Both the position numbers and the translations under genes were made by a program. A DNA stretch of 54,350 nt, counting the filler, from Sphacelaria rigidula (taxonomy: Eukaryota): the NCBI GenBank assembly GCA_964200075.2. It is 4 parts of 4 records of this genome, joined end to end, with 100 filler letters (N's around TTAATTAATTAA, not from the genome) between each part and the next. Parts side by side here need not be neighbours in the genome. Positions count along the whole stretch, not along the records: positions 40,841 to 54,350 come from CAXNAA020002839.1; 3 more parts are not named here. One strand, given 5' to 3'. Below are positions 49,722 to 54,350 of the stretch, in pieces. The notes beneath the pieces were generated by a model that was not told the DNA's origin, ran no database searches, and was given only the letters and a program-made list of their open reading frames with translations. Position 1 is the stretch's first letter, and each line of letters begins with the position of its first letter.

Positions 49722-49795
49722 CTCCGCGTAAAGTCCACATCCTGCGCGTCTGCCTGCTGCTTTCCACCTTTCTTGTCCTTGCTCTTAGGAGGCAT
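49722..49795 (-). CDS. Calpain/androglobin-like protein, exon 1
   Basis: ACC-ATG at 49795; MPPKSKDKKGGKQQADAQDVDFTR + AG|GTAAGG (strong donor, phase 2). Confidence 0.7.
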
Positions 49796-52700
49796 GGTTG
49801 ACTTAGGCCAAAGAGTTTTCGAGTTCCCACGGTACTACTTAGAACAGTGGGAGATGCCGCAGTAGTAACTCATGTGTTCGACAACATCGGACTTGTCGCC
49901 AAAAAGATACAATCCAAATTGCAAAGATATTTTACTCACCTCTTTTAGATAGTATCGCATTTCCCTGTGCCATACTCCAGTGTGTCGGTAATACAAAAAC
50001 GGAGCTGGGAGGAGCTGCCGCCACTGTTCGGTGCTCGAGATTACCTACGCTCCAGCGCCACTGGGTGCAGCTACTGTACAGTACTCTTCTTGCATAATTT
50101 ACGGGAAGAGCCGGTAACTAAGGAGCCTTTCCCACGCAAATCTGCTTGAGAGCCGGAGAAATTGGCCTTCAAACCGAACGCTGTTGCGTACAGTGGAGGA
50201 CACGCATCCGGAAACAGGCAGGGCTGCTGAACAACAGCGGTCGATCTAGGCGGCGTGCTAGCTTGCTAGGTGAGCACTTGGACTGCTGAATGCTGGATGA
50301 GAATCTTATTCATGTCGTATATGCCGTACTATGCTGGTGTTGCCGTCGCAGTTGATGTGCCCATGGGCGAACATAGAGTACCCTATCGAAGTAGTGTTAG
50401 GCTGGGGTCTTTCATAGCGAAACATATACTACTGTAAATTTTAATTGTGCTCCTTTTTACTGCACTTGACTGTACTTCTGCTAGAATTTGCCCGTCAACA
50501 CGACCAAGTAAGGTACAGTAGTTGCGGTAGCCGTAAAGCCTCAATGCTTGCACAAGCTCGTGATTGGACACACCCATTTCAGAATGCGTAAAGGTTTACT
50601 ATGCTATGGCGCTCTACTCTATCGTACTGTCCGCATTCACTACAGGAAGGGGCTCGCCGTTTTAGTAATGCGTTGATAACTCATACCCTCGCTTGGGAGA
50701 TTTGTTCAGTGACAGTCCCGCGTCTCTTGGACGGATGCGCGTTCCCCGCTTCGGTGGATGCTAAGTGGATATGTATAGTTACTCTGTGTCCTAAAGTCCA
50801 ACGTATAATTAATGTGTGTGTCCATGTTTTACATGGTTTGGAGAAGGTTTGGAGGATATGCTCATCGCGCCCTCAGCTGTCGTTCATTTTGCTCCTCGTA
50901 TACTTGAAGTCGTTGGGGGTGTGATACTCCAACACCAGGCGATTCAACTCATCGCTGTACACGCAATTCCCTGAGACCTGGTAAGACCTCTCCAGAAGCC
51001 TGTCGGTATGTTGTGCAAGAGAGCTGACTCCAATAATCGGTACGTGGTGGAGAGTTGCGGGTTGTAAGTTTGTGGGCAAATAGCACAGCGGGATGTAAAC
51101 ACCCGAAAGTCTCCATGCGGGCCAATTGTGTAAGGATCAACATCCGGTGAGATGGCTGAATAATTGTGCTCTGCATGATACGCTCTCGGATATTGCTGTC
51201 TGAATACATGATGATAAAATGAACACGCCGCCATTTCTTTTTCATGACTCATGTTCTCAAAAGCCCTTGTCATGGGAGTGAGAGCTTATGCCGCAATAAT
51301 AGTGTGGTCCAAAATAGCTGAGCATAAATCTGCCCCCACGGTCTTCTTGTGTGGTTTTGTGTATCGCAGTCCTGCGCCAAAATTTTGAAAAGGAAAAAGA
51401 ATATCAGAATGCCCACAGTATAGTTTTGAATGCCCGCACTTAGGCTGCATACAAAGGTCATAGCACTTTTGAACAGAAAGTTTGCTTGTATAGTAAATAT
51501 ATCCACCGTGACTATGTGCACCGGATAACAGCTTCCTTTGGCCAGCGAGCAAATCAAACTAAGCGAATACCAGTATACCGTCGATGCGCCCTCAAAATGG
51601 CTATTTCGCAGCCCAGATTTTGCACGTTGTGAGTGAATGCATATGTGGACATGGTGATGCACTCACTCTCACATCGTGAGCACCTGGGAGGGTGCAGTAC
51701 TGACAAACAAACATACATTAGTACTCGTACACCGTCTGGATAATGACGATTTGTAGAAAGTCGTTCTGGTATCGTCCATAGAGATGCTCTGAGCGTGAGG
51801 CGCGGTCGTACCCGCATTGTTGTCGCTGCAAAGCGCTGAAACTTCGGTCACTTGTCATATAAGTCACAATCAACAAGCCCATGTTCTTGATCTGACGTCG
51901 GATGTTGCAACAGTGCGCGAGGGGATGAAAAAAGCGCCGATTATGTTCCGATTTTTATTTTGGTGCAGGACTGATGGGTGCATGTGCTTCTTGCGCACGG
52001 CCTTTCGTCACCTGAAGCCATTCTGCAGGGGCCAGGGATTTCTAGGTGTATTTCATTGTCAGTCTGTTTCCTTACTCTATGCCATGTGTTTCTATATCTT
52101 CTCCTTTCCTACCCTCTCCTTCCCCTTCCGTGTCTTTTCCTGCTTGGTGTTTGTTTAGGTTTTAATTTATCATCTCACTCAATGAGTTATCATTGTTTCC
52201 CCCCCACACTTTCCTTAAGCGAGCGTTTCCGTTTTGTTCACCTTGGGTACATCTATCTCGGGGATAATAAGCACGACTGGGTCCCTATCAATACTCGTAT
52301 GGGGCCATCAATCAATCAAGCAATCAATCAATCAGAACAATTTCTTCAACGCTCTCCTTTAATCTCCCCGGGTCAGGCGTCTCATTATTTACGGACACCG
52401 TCGGGTACGGCAGAAGGGCTAAATATATTTATATATACCGCCACATGAGATGCGCACAAGAAGTAGTCACTCCGCTGTGGTCGGGTCAGTTTCGTCCAAC
52501 ACTATCACGCTCCGAGTGAAGTGTGTCCACTTGTATTCGCGTAAGGATATCGCTACATGCAGTGTATATCTCCGGTTCTTCAACTCGTCAGTTTCGCAGT
52601 ACAGCACGTCAGGTTTGTGTGTGACCCTTACCACGTTTCGCGTTGTACCCCACGGCATGCAAAATCGAAAAACCCTATGCTCTACCGTGCTGCTGTACCA

Positions 52701-54350
52701 TGCACGATGGATGATGAAATGACCGCTTGAGCAAGCGTCCTATTCTCCGAGCTTGCGGAGCGCCCCCACGCCCACTTTTTCACAGAAACCGCGGCCCTCT
52801 GCCACATGGAAATGAATCGCGAGGGGTCGTGTTGTGCTGTCTCTCTCCGCTCGCAGCACCATCAGCGGAGTCAGCAGCCAATCTTCGGTTTAGACCAAAC
52901 ATGTTTTTTTTTCATGTGCAGCGAAAAAAATGCTCGTGCGGCAAGTTATGTGGGCGTTTGTACATCAATTCCCGCTTTCTGAAACTGACTTGGGATTTTA
53001 ACGGCGACTAAACTACTGTAGTGCCGGCCCGCGTATATTCCGAGGGGACGCACATGCTGTTGGTCGTGTCGTCTATTACATCGCTCGTGCAGAAATGGAG
53101 GAGCAATCGACACCGGGAACAAAACAGACTCATACATCTAGAGGAAAGTATGGGTGTGTCGAAGTAAGAATGTACACATTAGCCCCAGCTCACGACTGCG
53201 ACATATATGACGATGCCCAGATGGCAGCACAGAATCGATGACTACAGTAGTACTACAGCGCAGCGCCAGTTGTAGGTTTTGTGTTCATTGCTGCTGTACG
53301 GTGTGTGTAACGCGCTATCGCTGGGTGCTGAAGATTGCGGGTGTACGCGTGTGCGAGGCTGTCGAGTGAGGGTGAAGTGCTGACAGCCCGATGTCTTGAG
53401 CTGCCTGTGCAGAAGCCCGTCGCATCTATGTGCATGCGTGGATACGACCACATGGAAAGGGGGAAAACTTGCAAGGGTCTGTCGAGAGCCCATCACCGTT
53501 TCACATCGGTGATACATACCAAGGGTCGGACGAATCATTACTGATCCGAATCACCAAATCTACTACCACTATTTCTGAGGCCGGATTGCTCGAAGAGAGA
53601 TTAAAGCGTTAACCGCGGGTCGAAAATGTCTAGGCAAATTCTGCCGCTCTTCGTACCTGGAGTGCACAACCCGGAGTGCAACGCTCAAGAGCAAAACCAA
53701 GGGTTGATTCGTACGGTACGAATCTATCACACTATAGGCGAGTAATTTTCAGATTAATCGTCATTTGTCCGACCCTTGATAGATGCCATGAGGTGACTGT
53801 ACGCTTCATGAGCAGGTCCCGGGTTCAATTCCCAGATCACACGAACGCGACGAAACAAAAAAGTGATCCGATGTTGAGCAGGCAACGAACTTCCGACGGC
53901 AGGTCGGGTAGGGTGTATAATACCCTATACCCGGGAATTTTTAATTATATTTTGAGTATTGGAATCATGTCCAACTTTGCCCAATTAATTGGTAGAGTAT
54001 TGACATTTTACCCAAATGATACTCCATACCTGGATGTCGCTTGGTTGGCTTACCCAATTATTCGGTCGAGTACAGGCTGGACCGCCCAAGACGCCGACAG
54101 GGATGTGAACACGCGACTTAGCAGCTCAATTTTGGGTCGTTTTCTATTGAGTTTTAACACAATAGAGAGTTTCGGAGAAAAAGCAGAACTCAGGGATAAA
54201 AGCGAGAACGACTGGATTGTGTACGCTTAAACCCCAGGCTTGTTTTTATTTATTTTTGACGCGTAGGTGTGGACCGTGGTCAACTTTTCAGGGTTTAGTA
54301 TTTTCTGTTCCGAATGCCACGTGGTCGGTGTCATGAGTTGAAAAGGTACA

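Noticed and set aside
49722..49795. OLA1/YchF or ZMAT2 first exon (MPPK..., DFTRR)
   Set aside because: No downstream GLPNVGKS or WDKEEY exon was found; the in-phase downstream exons are calpain-like.
53676..54230. 184-aa plus-strand ORF
   Set aside because: GTG start, no motif, no supporting exon boundaries.

Overview
Eukaryotic, transposon-rich nuclear DNA. It is most likely a brown alga (Phaeophyceae); this is inferred from GT-AG introns, short exons and Copia/LINE families I recognise, and is not proven. The window is not one locus. It is four unrelated contigs (1-13514, 13615-27128, 27229-40740, 40841-54350; 13514/13514/13512/13510 bp) joined by artificial N44-TTAATTAATTAA-N44 spacers, so nothing can be inferred from adjacency across them. 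Host genes: the first two exons of ABCE1/RLI1 (+, cut off by the contig end); a 5-exon N-terminus of a calpain/androglobin-like gene (-) whose model needs a 20-nt microexon and a GC-AG intron; an ankyrin-repeat gene with a decayed second exon (-); a weak 2-exon unknown gene; and a ~2-kb intronless, decaying ORF of unknown family with a possible P-loop remnant. The rest is degenerate Ty1/Copia elements, LINE fragments, a tRNA-derived SINE, several DNA-transposon MITE families (TTAA/piggyBac-like, hAT with 8-bp TSD, mariner-like, a 2-bp-TSD family), a 2-kb foldback structure and tandem repeats. I see no clear intact novel multi-gene system. The best leads are the unknown intronless ORF with a nearby Walker-B-like fragment, the foldback element with palindromic ends, the SINE with an RT-core-like tail and the 2-bp-TSD MITE family.
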